A stretch of DNA of 64,000 nucleotides from Carcharhinus amblyrhynchos (Eukaryota). Below are positions 37,991 through 51,094 of this stretch, piece after piece. Both the position numbers and the translations under genes were made by a program. A model generated the notes under the pieces. That model worked only from the letters and a program-made list of their open reading frames with translations, did not search any database and was not told the DNA's origin. Positions within the stretch are counted from its first letter, which is position 1, and each line of letters begins with the position of its first letter. Location of the stretch: NCBI GenBank assembly GCA_965287045.1, contig OZ336873.1, positions 106,020,001-106,084,000 of the forward strand. Reading direction: 5' to 3'.

Positions 37991-39019
37991 ATTTTTTAAA
38001 CCTCTTGCTCCTTTTCCCTTTTGCTTTTTACACGGTGTTCAGATGTTTCACATATCTGCACAATTGTTTACACCAGTCAAACACAAACTTATTCACCATT
38101 TCTCTGATGACAAGATCATTGTATAACATCAAGGTGAGGCCCAGAACTGCAGGAGGTTTCAAGTCATCTCCCTGGTGGAGCAGAGAAAACTGAGGGGTAT
38201 TGCAAACAGACTTGACTTTTGGCATTAGTGATGTGTCGAACAGTCTCACCGCCTATCTCCATTTCCTTTTCTCTTTCCCGGAGCAAAATCATATACAGGG
38301 AGTGTGACAACCTGCTGCTGCCTTCTGTGATCACGCATCTGGCTACATTACCTGCTGACCTTTCGTATAAGTCACTTCCATCACTCAAGACCTGCTGTTG
38401 AAGTAAACCATCTTCAGGCTCATCAGCAAATTCTCAAGGCACAAGTGACCTGGGAGGAGCAGCTATGTCTAACAAAAAGTTAAAGTCTATCTCCTGCAGC
38501 AAGCTGGCACAAGGAATCTGTATTTTTAGTCAATCACGGAGCATATGGTCTCCTCTATGGTAGTTACAGCGGAAACCTGTACATCGCCAGCAGTAACAAC
38601 TTTAAATGATTATCAAACTGGTGACATTCAAACGCTGACAACACTTTCCAGCAACCTTGACAGGTTGGGGGAATGGCATGGACCTCCTGCAGTCTGTGCA
38701 CTGATAGATGAATGTGAGAGTGCTAAGCAGTGCTCCAGCTTGGTAGTGTTGCAACTCTCCGGAAGATAGCACTTCAACATTATTGACGCACCCACACCCA
38801 AGTTCCACTCCAATGTCAGAAAACTGGAAAAGATCAGTCCTCAGCTGGATAGGGTCTAAGCACCTGGCCGTTAATACAGCTGATGTGCTACATCAGCTTG
38901 TCTGTTATATGATGTCTCTGTGCTGTAGAATTCACTCTGCTGTGATTTTGTTTTAGTACCATGGACAACTCCTCACACCACCAGTGGTGTCAAGCAGATA
39001 TTCATGAAAATGCCACCAC

Positions 39020-39255
39020 CTACAGATAACCCTCCAAGTCATTCATTATCCCAACTTGAAAACATATCATTGTTCCTTCATTGTCACTCAGTCAAATGCC
39101 TGGAACTTCCTTCCTAGCAGTACCATAGGTGTCCCAACATCACGTGGACTGCAGCAGTTGACAAGGCAGCTCACCACCACAACTGTCGAGGGTCATTAAA
39201 GGACAATAAATGCCAGCCTTGCCAGATGCTCACACCCCAAGGACCAATAATTAAA
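39020..39255 (+). mobile_element. CR1-type LINE 3' tail
   Basis: ttggaa-like aacatatcattgttccttcattgtcactcagtcaaatgcctggaacttccttcc...ggcagctcaccaccac...aataaatgccagccttgcc. Confidence 0.7.
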
Positions 39256-39539
39256 AAGAATCCTAAACATGCCATGAGATGAAAAGTGGTTCAGAATTGT
39301 CATGAACTACTTAAGCAGATATCTTTGTAATAAGGACTGGCAGATTTGGAAATCATTTCTAATTTGCATTTAAGGACAGTGCTGAACATTTCACAAGCTA
39401 GAAATGTACCACAGGCTCATGTCCACTGGGCACTGAAAGACCTTGCTTCGCATGAGTACATCAACAGATACCAGTCTGTCCTTCATCTGTTATCTTTGAA
39501 TGAGTGAAGTTTAGGTCTCCAGAGATGAAGGGTAAAGAG

Positions 39540-39850
39540 GTGACTATTAATAAAATGTGCCCTCATCACATTTTGTACATAATTGAATAAATTCTTTCAT
39601 TGCTGTATGATACAATGGTAATTAATGTTTCCCTAAACTTTTCTCCAGAGGTTAATTGAAATCTTCATTTAATAAATTCTGAAAGCGACTCTGATCCCAA
39701 TTAGCATCTTTTGCAATTACATTGAAGCAAATAAATACCGTCGGCACTTTATTTAAACAGTGATATCAGTAAGATCACATATTTTACAGTTCAATATATT
39801 GTGTTAGGTAAATTAAGCAATACTTCATGCCTGAATTCCATTGTATGTTC
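39540..39850. promoter_or_regulatory. Candidate conserved non-coding element
   Basis: Non-repetitive, very rich in TAAT/TAATTA/AATAAA words with retained CpGs (aataccgtcggcac); conservation untested. Confidence 0.3.
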
Positions 39851-42677
39851 AAGTTCACAGAACTGTCCTAACTCTAGAAGCTTAACGGAGAACAGTAGTC
39901 TTGATGATTTTTGTGTTTTTATGCTTACCATGTCTCTCTGTAGGTTTCTATGCATATGTGGATTGGAAGTGTTTGTGCAACTATATGTTTCTCTTTATCG
40001 TTACTGAAACAGAGGATTGTTGTAGCCTCTCATCTGGAGAGATGACAGTTGGGAAATTGCTAAATAAAAGAAAAGCTTCAAACTGGGTGGCAGATAGGGA
40101 CAGTGCATTGCTGTCATGGTGTGATAAAATGCTGGATTCAGTCAATGATTGTGCTTTATATTTCAAGCATCAAATGGTTGTTCAGACTTCCCATTGCAGG
40201 CCGACATTTCTTCAGAGCTCAGTTTTTCTCCTAAATGTTTTTTGCCTTACCAGTGGTCAAGCCCTACAATTAACCACGAGTGAAGTAAATTCCTTTCTGC
40301 AGACCAAGATGCTCGCTGCATCTCCTGCCAGTCTGGGCAACTGGCAATATTGTATTGTTACACTAACATGTACACTACTGTTCTGGATTTAATGATAAAT
40401 AATATGATACGCAGATGTGCTCTATTCACAATGACCCATCTCAGATATGAGGCCCACTTTGTCAGCCATTTGCAGCAACATCATCTGGATTTGAGTGACA
40501 GTGTGGGAACACAGTGTTTTTTAGCCAATGCCAACATCATTTTTTTTAAATGTTGCTATATTTGGCTGTTTAAATGTTGTCACTTTGGTTATTTTCTTTT
40601 TTGAAAAAGTTGGCTTCAAACAGTAGCCAGCTAGGAGACATAATAGATCAGCAGGAAACGTACAAACAAAGAAAATCTAAAATAGAAACTGGTCCAATCC
40701 CTGAACATATTTAAATATTCCTGAAGTACCAACAGCATATCATATTTTATTTCTGACCATGAAAACAGTTGAATTATTGTAGTATTATTTTGAGTATACC
40801 ATCTCCAGGAAGCATATTGTACACAATACCTAGATCAGTTTGAAGAACTGGCACAATCAATTATTTTAATATTCTCTTTTATGCTCCTTGCCTTTTGACA
40901 TGCAAGTGAACTACCAACTGTCAAAGTTTAATGCAGGAATAAGTGAAACTGGATTTGTGAATTTTGACCTGTGCAGAATACAGACTAATGTAGGGTAGGT
41001 GGGCACGGTATTTTCCTCAAGTAATGGTTTTTTCCTCAAGTAATTCTCTGCATTAATGCTGAATAGTAATCTCCTGCAAAAGTGTTTTTCTTGACAACAA
41101 TACAATTACTTTGTTGACAGATTGTTTTTTTTTCTGAGATGTATTCACACTTATTTGCAATGGTTTGTTTTTTGAATGAAGAGATTTTATGCAGGCACAT
41201 TTACCTATCTAAAAGTGTCAGGGTTCAGACGTCAAACACCTATCCATTCAGTAAATTCATTAAAGTTATATGTGCTTCTAATTTGAATTGGCACAGCAGT
41301 ACTATAGTCTGAGTTCAAATGTTATTGACATATTTGATTTGGCTTACACTTAAAGTCATACTTGCCCCATACTTTTCTCAGATATAGATATCTTTCATGC
41401 AAATTGTAGCAAAACTGTTGCAGACAATACAATTCTTTTCAGCAACACTTTTGAGGGACTTAGTCAACTTTTCTCACATAGAGGTCAAAGCCAGTACTAG
41501 GAGGTTTACACATTTATGATATTGACCTATGTTAACCCTGGATCAGCATGAATCCCAGGCTGAAAGCCCAGGGAGTCAACAAGGTCAGTGCACAAGCTTT
41601 ACATCCATAAACCTAATCCCTGTCTAAGGAAAGAAAAAGCTGACTATCTACTGGATGGGATATTAGAAAAGTTAGTTTCTTGGAAAAAAGAAGTAATTTC
41701 AGAAACTGCCGAGCACTGCAGTTTCAAACCATTCCCTGTATGTAGCGATCAGACAACTAAATGTTAGGCTACAATAGGAACACAAGGCTCCGTGAAATGG
41801 ATCAGACTATTGGTGCACCACAAAAATGATTTTGTAAGCCATTGTAGTTTGAACCACACACTAAAAAGATATTACATTGAGAATGTGAACTATCTTGCAA
41901 TGTCTTGTCCCAGACTTGATTCCAAAAAGCGTTTTCATCAGGCTGATAAAAATGTCACATTCGTTTCCTCTTACGACATTTCAGTCCTGGTTGCTGTAGG
42001 CATAAATCAGTCTGTTGAAGTTGTGCATTGACTATAATGTTGTAGATGGTTTGAGAGATAACACGTATTTATACCATGTGAGCAAGATGAGTATGAATTT
42101 AACAATTTTAAGAAAATTTGACATTCACCTCTGAAACATTGAACGACTGGGAATTTCTTGGATGTGATCTTCTCGTTCTTGCATAAGCTGATGTTAGAGC
42201 CAACCTAAAACGCTTATGCAGAGGAATGAGAGAGTAATTTGTTTTGAAGGAACACTTTTGAAGAGCTTTCAAAGTATGTATTTTTATCAATTTATCCATA
42301 TGCTGAAAGATTATTTTACGCTGGGACTCCAACTAGCATTTTCATACCTGAAGGACAAATCCAATCAAATGTAGCCATGCATATAGTTGATGGAATAAAA
42401 AAAAACTTTAGGCAAAAATCACAATAACCAATGCAAGAAAGCAATGTCAAATAACTGCTCACTGGCTGGATAGGTTCTAATCACAGGCAAAGTATTGCCT
42501 TTGAGACAGAGGCTTATGTAGAACTCAAGCAGCAACCATTCTTTATAGCATTCTTATTTTACTTTTATTTCTAGAGCAAGTATTTTCAATGAACCATGAC
42601 TTTCATCTTGCTTTAAAAAGCTGTTCCTTACGGTAACATTATAACCTTATTGATAATGGCTCAAACAGAAAGATCTT

Positions 42678-42968
42678 GGTGGCATGGTGGCATAGTTGTT
42701 GGCACTGCTGCCTCACAGCACCAGGGACCCGGGTTCAATTCCCGGCTTGGGTCACTGTCTGTGTGGAGTCTGCATGTTCTTCCCGTATCCACGTGCGTTT
42801 CCTCCGGGTGCTTTGGTTTCCTCCCACAGTCCAAAAGACGTGCTAGTTGGGTGTATTGGCCATGTTAAATTCTCCGAACAGGCGCTGGAGTGTGGCGACT
42901 AGAGGATTTTCACAGTGCTTCATTGCACTGTTTATGTGGGCCTGCTTATGACATTAATAAATAAACTT
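42678..42968 (+). mobile_element. HE1/V-SINE-like SINE, tail type B
   Basis: Head and V-domain intact; tail ccgaacaggcgctggagtgtggcgactagaggattttcacagtgcttcattgc...aataaataaactt. Confidence 0.92.
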
Positions 42969-43980
42969 CACACTTTACCACATGCAATTTTGCATGGCCT
43001 CTACAGATGGTCCTTTCAGAAAAAGTTTGTTCCCTTCCTCATGCAATTCCTACCTCAGAAAAAGTTGCTGTTAACAATTAAAGTTCATTCTTCTAGCATA
43101 TGCACAAAGCTAATGAGCAAGACTGTCTCCCTCATTTGTAATGAAGGAGAGAATGTTCTGTTGTTAATTTGTGCTCTACTCAGCACTGAACCGTAAAGAA
43201 CATTCCATACACCTATTCTTTGCATCCCTAGAACTATTTGTTGGCAAGTGAAATTTACAATATGTTGTCAATGTACAGGATTGACACTCATTTTCAGATG
43301 GAATGACCTCTTGCTCAGTGTAAATATGTCACCCATTGTGCCAGAAAGGCTGAACCTGGGACAAACACAATGTGAGGAAACCTCTGCACCAGGTTCTGAA
43401 AAATGAATTGACATCCTCTGGGCATACTTGCATGTTATGTAATTCCATCCTACTCCCCACCATCCTTCCCATGTAAGAGAAAGTGTTCTGAATGTAAAAA
43501 TCATAAGCAAGGCTATGGAAATCCACTTTAGCTACTCAAAGGATTCACATCTGTGACTGAAGTTAGCATCTTCCATAGAGCAAAAGACAACGTAGTATGA
43601 ATAGAATCGGTTCCAGCACTACAACATTCACAGAGTGGCAAGATTTGGCAGGCAGCAAAAAACTGAATGAGCTATTCATGAACAGACTTCAGCAGTGGGA
43701 AAGAAAGGTCTAGAGCTAGATATATGCCCATGTATACTGAAATACATATAGATTTCTATGTATTTATAGTGTAACTTTTCTCAAACTTTCATATTACATT
43801 TCTCACTTTGCTATTGGATCTGTTTTACAAATTCATACATCTACATGGTTATTCCAAAATTGTAAAACAGTAAATGATATGAAAGAATGCAATTTAGTCT
43901 TGCCCATTCTATCATAATGGTTTGGGTAAATTTGGGTAAATTGCACCTTCCATCAACAAATAATTGTTCTGGGAATACAT

Positions 43981-44693
43981 AGGTTGGAATTTTTGTGCTA
44001 AGTGCTGGCCGTGGTGAGAAAACCATTGTGGTAGTCAGGGAGGTGGGAGGTACAATCTGGTGTTAGTCTGGGTGTGGGAGCATAGTTGAGGGAACGAGAG
44101 GGTAGTCAGTGGGATGGGAGGCAGTCAGGGGTTCAGAAGGGTGTTTGAGGTTGGGAGGGCATGAGTGGAGCTGTGAGATCAGGTGGATGGGGTAATGGTG
44201 TTTGTCTGGGGTTCAGCAGGAAAATAGGGGCAGTGAACTGGTGGTCAAAGTTAGGGAAGTAGTCAGGGGCTTGAGAGAGTGATTGCTGTAGAGGATTTAG
44301 TCAGACCCTACAAAGACCATTGAGGCAGTCAAGGAGTACTCCAGGTTGGGGCAGCCATGTGTTTAGGAGAATGGTCGGGGTAGGGAGGGTAATCAGGGGA
44401 AAAGTAATGCTAGTTGAGGAGGTGCAGTCGGGTGGAGGGCAGTTACCCAGAATCTGGAAGTAGATTTAATCCTTTTAAATTTTCCTGGGTAACTAATTTG
44501 CTAAGGGAGTTTGAACAATCTGAAATTCCAGCTTAAGTCAGAAGATCAGATGGTTCCCGGAGCAGGGTAATTGCTTAGTCGGAAGTTTAAACTTTATGGA
44601 CAATTCCTGTGCGGTCCTTGCATGTGGACCTCCACAGGTCTCCAGCACATCTGGGGCACAACTATCTGAGGAAGTAAAGTTCTGGACCATTAT
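43981..44693 (-). repeat. Interspersed repeat with G-rich degenerate tandem interior (gggtagtcagggg-like units) and hairpin
   Basis: Repeated (t/c)agtcaggg words at 44030-44440; agttacccag...ctgggtaact inverted pair at 44441-44494; paralogue of 8660-9060. Confidence 0.55.
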
Positions 44694-45531
44694 AATGTGC
44701 ATTTCCTCTAGTACATATCCCATGAAAAGTATAACAGAATGAGAATGGACAATTGGAATTGTAATATTCTCCTTTTCCATGTAAAATAAATCTGTAATTA
44801 TAAGTGCAGAATTTTTATGCACCCTAATGCACAACGTTCATTGTCAAAAGTTAATTGTGGTGGTCGAATGGAGGACGCAAGGCTGAAAGTTTGCCTAGGG
44901 TGCCTATTACTCTTGCACCAACCCTGAAAATATAAAGCTGAACTGAGCTAGCGCACAATTATTTTGACCCTGAGTCAGGCCTGAGTGAGTGTGATTTTCA
45001 ATGATTTGTATCCCATCCTGTCTTTATGTACTAGCTGTTGCTTAGCCTGATTGCATCTCAATCTACTTCCAATATGTGCAGTTAAAGTTAAATCAAATAC
45101 CATTTTTGTAGGTTTTAGGTAATAGAAAAATCAAATGGCAAAGTACAGTACTAGAAAAAGTCATTATTTAGTCCTCTAACTTATATTGCAATTTACTGCA
45201 TTGCGCAATTCTTCCTTTAATGCCCACCCAATTGAAATCTATTGTTTTTGCTGCTGTATTACTGTTCCAATCTGGCACCTTGAAGTGATAGGTTTCAGTT
45301 CATCATTAAATGTCAATGATGTGTTCCTCAGGTCATTTAATTGCTCCTTTTCATAATTTGCAAGATTTAAACATTTTATCTGGAAATTTTCCCAATGCAT
45401 TAATCTATGATATGCAATTGCATCACAAAGTTCAAACTGTTGCAAGATATTTTAAGCACATCAATAAGCAGGGCTCCATTTGCTTTTGTTTTTGAACCAG
45501 AGTTCAGACTTTGCACGTAGAGGTTTCTTTG

Positions 45532-45850
45532 CATAGAATCATAGAATTGCTACAGTGCAGTGGGAGACCATTCAGCCCATCAAGTCTGCACCGATCACAA
45601 TCCCACCCAGGCCCTATCCCCATAACTCCATGCATTTACCCTAGCTAGTCCCCCAACACTATGGGGCAATTTAGCATGGCCGATGCACCTAACCCGTACA
45701 TTTTTGGACTGTGAGAGGAAACTAGAGCACCTGGAGGAAACCCACGCAGACAAGGGAAAACTTCACACAGACAGTGACTGAGGTCAGAATTGAACCCTGG
45801 TCCCTGGTGCTATGGGCCAATGGTGCTAACCACTGTGCCACCATGCTGCC
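45532..45850 (-). mobile_element. HE1/V-SINE-like SINE, tail type A
   Basis: catagaatcatagaattgctacagtgcag...gtgctaaccactgtgccaccatgctgcc. Confidence 0.92.
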
Positions 45851-46130
45851 TGTGCATAAAGAGATCCCCAAGACTTGGTCCCAATATGACACACAAAATA
45901 AATTGACTAAATTCCCGGTAGAATTTAACTTTATTACTCTGAAGTGATGAGGTTCCAGTGAAAAACAAATCCCTCAGTCGGCTGTCCCAAGCAGACAATG
46001 TAGCCAAATGTGGAATTAAAGTACACTCACGGTCAAAGAAACACAAAGAACTTTAAAAACTTGGGCCCCCTCATTTCCAATAATCCCAGCATTAAAACAG
46101 TAAAATATCAGTTACCAAATGATTTTTTTG

Positions 46131-46446
46131 TTATTCATTCGTGGGACATGAGTGTTTCTGGCTGGCCAGCATTAATTGTCCATCTCTTATTGCCCTTGGT
46201 GTATCTCTGGAGTCACATGTAGGCCAGACCAGTTAAAGGTGGCAGATTTTCTTCCTTAAAATGAACCAGATGTTTCTTTCTGATGTTTGAAAATGGTTTC
46301 ATGGTCATCAGTAGATCCTTAATTCTGGATATTTTGCACTGAATTCAAATTCCACCTGTGACAGGATTTGAACCCAGGCCCCCAGAACATAAACTGAGTT
46401 CTGGGATTAATAGCCAGTGATTATACCACTAAGCCATTGCTTCCCC
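46131..46446 (-). mobile_element. Second tRNA-derived SINE family copy
   Basis: Paralogue of 32760-33116; reverse-complement B box ggatttgaaccc. Confidence 0.8.
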
Positions 46447-46608
46447 CAGAATGTTATCTTTTGAGTTGTTAAATATGCTGCAAACTGATTAAGATGTTGT
46501 AGAGTGACTATGTGCTGTTCTTCATCAAAGACCTCAGTCTTGTAACTGTATCAAGTCTTAACTTAAAATCAAAACTACCGGGATGGTGATAAGATCAGCT
46601 TTAAAATT

Positions 46609-46929
46609 ATAGAATCACTACAGTGCAGAAGAAGGCCATTCGGCCCATTGAGCCTGCAGTGACAGTAATCCCACCCAGGGTCTATCCCCTTAACCATACG
46701 TATTTACCTCGCTAATTCCCCCTAACATAAAGGGTCAGTTTAGCATGGCCAATCCACCTATTTTGCATATCTTTGGAGTGTGGGAGGAAACCAGAGCACC
46801 CAGAGGAAACCCATGCAGATATGGGGAGAAAATGCAAACTCCACTCAGACAGTCACCTGTGGTCGGAATTGAACTCAGGTCCCTATGTTGTGAGGCAGCA
46901 GTAGTAACTGCTGTGCCATTGTGCTGCCC
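46609..46929 (-). mobile_element. HE1/V-SINE-like SINE, tail type A (downstream unit of a tandem pair)
   Basis: atagaatcactacagtgcagaagaaggccattcggccc...ctgtgccattgtgctgccc. Confidence 0.92.
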
Positions 46930-46930
46930 T

Positions 46931-47190
46931 AGAAGGAAACCATTCGAGCCTGCACTGACAACAATCCTAATCTCAGCAATCCCACATATTTATCCTGCTA
47001 ATCTCCCTAACACTCAGAGGCAATTCAGCATGGCCAATCAACCTGACCTGCAAATCTTTGGAGTGTGGAGCAAACTGGAACACCCAGAGGAAACACAGAC
47101 ATGGGGAGATTGTGCAAACTCCACATAGACAGTCACCCGAGTACAGAATTGAATCCAGGTCTCTAGCGCTGTGAGGCAGCTTTGACTAAC
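46931..47190 (-). mobile_element. HE1/V-SINE-like SINE, tail type A (upstream unit of the tandem pair)
   Basis: agaaggaaaccattcgagcctgcac...agcgctgtgaggcagctttgactaac. Confidence 0.88.
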
Positions 47191-48141
47191 ATGCACATTT
47201 ATCTCTCTAAACTCTGTTCAATGTGTGCCTGATGTGTGTTTAACCCACTCTTGATGGTTTCCTAATTTCTTTTTGGGAGGGATTTCAAACTGGGTTGAGT
47301 TTCACTCTGCTACATTGAAATGAGCACCACAATGTCACGATGCCAACATAATTATTAATTCTGAACAGCCTAACTGGAGAGACACTTTGGCTGAAGCACG
47401 TGTATTTTTAACAGGTACAAATTGCAGTGAATATCCAGTAGGTTTAATGCTGAAATGGAGGACAGGAAGCTAATTAAACACAAGGTGAGTGCAAGTACTG
47501 TAATTAGCAAGAGACCCTCAACCCCAGCATCAAACCCTTAACCCTTTCAGCACTGAGAGACATTTTTGGCTCAAAACTCTCATCCTTTCATTTTCGTCGC
47601 ACCTGCATTTCATTGCTGGTATGATAAAGTAGAAGTGGAATGTGCTATTAACATAACATCACATTGGAAGTATTCTGTGAGCTGAAGTCTGGTTCCCTGA
47701 GTATCATTTACCTTGAAGTACCTTAAGTGGTTGTGTGACCCAGATAGTGTCAGTTGGCAGTTTCACTGGTGAGGTATTACGGCCAAATCTATTCCTACTT
47801 TTGCATATTCACATGATGCAACTTGTAGTAGAAATCACATAGACGATGAGCAAAAGAAAGAAAAAATTTCTCTGCAGCCAATCAGCATTCTGGTCGATTG
47901 TAAAGTTCCCCACTATTGATGCAGCTCAGATTTGCAAAATCAGCTAAAAGTGCTGATGTAACTCAAACACTTCTTGGTCAATATGGTTCAGTTATTGATT
48001 AAGCAATTCCTTCAGTCATCAGGGGAGGCCTATGTAAGGTGTAGTAAAGTGATGGATCGACGAAGGCCAGATCCATATGGTGACAGTTGCTTCATAGACA
48101 CTGTTCCTCAAGTATAATCAAATCAAGAGCAAGGTACTGTG

Positions 48142-48246
48142 AAAAATCAAAAATAAAATTGGAAAATGCTGTGAACACCCAGCAGTTCTGACAGCATCTG
48201 TGCAGAGAGAAGTATAACGTTTCTGGTTCATGACCTTTTGCCAGGC
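48142..48246 (-). mobile_element. Penelope-like family P2 terminal repeat with decayed hammerhead
   Basis: Reverse complement ctggcaa-aaggtcatgaacca-gaaacgtt-atacttctctctgcacagatgctgtcagaactgctg. Confidence 0.65.
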
Positions 48247-48439
48247 CAAAATTCAATGTCTGGTGATGTCACAGTCATTATGTTGTCTCTCCTACACTCC
48301 AGGATTTTATGCTCACAGCTATGATCTTAGATGCTTAGTTTGAAAGAAAAATAGGCAGTAATTATATTTTACCTCATTAATACTTACTGTTTCTCATCTA
48401 ATGTTCTTGAAGTGCAGTTACTTCTGTTATGTAGGCACC

Positions 48440-49195
48440 CACAATTGACTAAATTGGGCCTATGCACTCTGGAGTATAGAAAGATAAAAGGTTATTACAT
48501 TAAAACATGCAAAATACTGAAGGGGCTTGACAGAGTCTACACTGAGGCATTACTTCGCCTCCTTGGGGAATTTAGGATTCAAGGACGTAGCCTCAGGTCA
48601 ATCAATTAAGTACTGAGGAGAAATGGGATGGCACGGTGACACAGTGGTTAGCACTGCTGCCTCAGCACCAGTGACCCAGGTTCAATTCCAGACTTGGGTG
48701 ACTGTCTCTGTGGAGTTTGCACATTCTCTCTGTGTCTGCGTGGGTTTCCTCCAGGTACTTCAGTTTACTCCCACAGTCCAAAGATGTGCGGGTTAGGTTG
48801 ATCGGCAATGCTAAATTGCCCCTTAGTGTCAGGGAAATTAGCAGGGTAAGTTTGTAGGGTTACAGTGATTGGGCCTGAGCGGGCTTGTTGTCAGTGCAGG
48901 CTCAATGGGCTGAATGACCTCTTGCTGCATTGAGATTCTATGATTCCATGAAATGTCTTTACTTAAAGTGTTGTGAATCTTTAAAATTCTCTAACTCAGT
49001 GGAATGCCCCAGTGTTGAGTATATCCCAAGCTGAGGTAGACAAATTTTTAATCACTCAAAGAATCGAGGCAGATGAGGAGTGAGCAGGAAAGTGGAGTTG
49101 AGGCAGAAGATCAACCCTAATTGTATTGATTGATGGAGCAGGCTTGAGAGGTCACATATCCATTTCTGCTCTTATTTTTCATGGTCATATGTTCT
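48440..49195 (+). mobile_element. CR1 LINE 3' end split by a SINE
   Basis: KLGLCTLEYRKIKGYYIKTCKILKGLDRV (CR1 ORF2 C-terminus); resumes after the SINE with gtgttgtgaatctttaaaattctcta. Confidence 0.8.
48626..48949 (+). mobile_element. HE1/V-SINE-like SINE, tail type A, with TSD gaaatg
   Basis: Full head and V-domain; gaaatg at 48620-48625 and 48950-48955. Confidence 0.93.
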
Positions 49196-49197
49196 TA

Positions 49198-49415
49198 ACA
49201 ATCAAGCTGCACACAGCTAGATCACAGCATCAGCAAGTGATATGAAATGACCAATTAGTCATTTTTTGGATATTAATGTTGTAATGTTGGCCAGGACACT
49301 GGGGGAATACTCTAATTTTATTAAAATAAGATATCAGTGGCTCTTTCCTGGCCACATTGGCCAGTTTAACTTTTTATTTGAAGAACAGAATCTCCAAACA
49401 CCCTCTCAGTATTGT
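49198..49415 (-). mobile_element. Old Deu-domain SINE fragment
   Basis: gttggccaggacactgggggaatactc is the reverse complement of the Deu-core gagttctccccggtgtcctggccaa. Confidence 0.55.
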
Positions 49416-49818
49416 GCTAAAGAAATGCAGAAGGAGTTTTTTTTTGGCAAAGAAATAAACGGAGTACTTTCAGTGGCCTACTCAGTGAATATACATGCAA
49501 TTGAAGGATGGAGATCAAAATGATGCCAGATTCAATGTTACATTGTGATGAATTTGTTGATTGGAGCTTCAATAGTGTTAAAGTGCAGATTTTTCATAAT
49601 TGAAAAGTTGTAAAGTACTTCAAACAATATTACTGTTTAGGCATCAGTCTCCCTATGTTAGTAAAAAAAGATTAAAAATGGTTAAGGTTGCCAGTTCTGA
49701 CCTTGTCAGGTGATTGTTATTCAAATGTCAGTGCATCAAATGATAGGACCTGGATCAACTGTGATGCACGTCCTTCTCATTTAACACATACTCGGTGGTC
49801 AAATGACCAGCCAACACC

Positions 49819-49947
49819 CGGGGAGAAATTTTACCGGCACGTCCACCCGAGTTTTGCACGATCCTGCTCAAGGCCAACAGAGATTGCTGTGCTCCGAGCC
49901 GAGCCTGCCCCTGGAATCGGGGCTGCCATCTTGGTAAAATTCCGGCC
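49819..49947. mobile_element. About 130-bp GC-rich MITE
   Basis: Ends ggggagaaattttacc and ggtaaaattccggcc share the inverted core aattttacc/ggtaaaatt. Confidence 0.55.
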
Positions 49948-50229
49948 TCACTGTCCATTTTTATGGACAGTTGTAATTCTAACCTTTCTGTTATGCAATG
50001 GAATGTTACCTCTTCACTAGGAATTCCAACCAAATGCACTTGCAATTATTTACATTTGGTAGGTAGTTTAGAACAAGAAAAATATGTTACGTCTTTGGGC
50101 AGCATCACTTAGAAAGCACATTTTATATAGGTTCCCTATGATTATTGCACAATAAAGCTTCAGATAAGAGATGGATAACTTCAATTTCTTTTTGCAATTT
50201 TCAGCAGTTAGGTGAGGTAAGTTGTTGTT

Positions 50230-50720
50230 TGAAGCTTGCAAAGAATAATACCTTCTTCAGGTCAGTGGAGACCTACACGAGGCAGTCGGGAGCTAAGAAA
50301 TACTTATAAATCAAGCCCAGGGATTGCAGTGTGGCCTGAGTCAGTATGGAGGTGTGGGAAAGAGTTGGGAGATGAGAGCTGCAGTCTTACACCATTTCCG
50401 CTGCTGCGAGGCTGCACGGGGGAAAAACTGTGCAATCGCAGGAAACTATTGAGTTGATTAGCTGCTAAATGTTCAACGTAAAAAGTTGTGGCATTTGGAA
50501 TAAAGGGAAATTGGGGCCAGTATAACATGGTATTATAAGTAATCCGAAGTAGAATAAAGTTAATGTAAGGGAAGCAAAGTTAAGACATGACAGGGCAGCA
50601 CAGTTGATGGAATATGTATCCTGTAATTTGTGTGAAGTCACGGAAGCTACTGGTGTCTGAAACGACCTTATGTGCAGGAAGTGCTGCCAGCAAAAGAAAC
50701 TTGAGCTCTGGATTTCGGGG
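50230..50720 (+). mobile_element. CR1 LINE 5' region with start of ORF1 (zinc-finger-like N-terminus), decayed
   Basis: From about 50604: LMEYVSCNLCEVTEATGV*NDLMCRKCCQQKKLELWIS, resembling the CxxC...CxKC N-terminus of CR1 ORF1; 5' boundary approximate. Confidence 0.6.
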
Positions 50721-51094
50721 ATCCCTTTTGATCTCAGTTGAATCGGTTCCCAGCTCTGATGGTGCAAACCTCACGCATTTGTTTCTTTGTGGTTAGAGGG
50801 ACAAGATCTAGAGAGAAAACAGGCCAGTGGAGCTGGACAGTTCCACACCAGTTTTCTGACCGGAACTGTTGCTTAGCCAAATTCTCATAAATTTCCATAA
50901 AATTCTCAGTATTGTTGTTACGTGGGAAAATATGCAAAACAAGATTTGCACAGAAAGATCCCACAAACAGCAAATGTAGCCAGTAGCATAAATAAAATCT
51001 GTTATTTATCCCTCCACAGCAACAAGTCGACAGGAGGAAACCCAAATAATTTTTCTGTCCTATCTCACTGAAATGAATTGAAACGAGCTTGCCT

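Noticed and set aside
39901-40392. 163-aa ORF
   Set aside because: Non-ATG start, composition like random sequence, no motif
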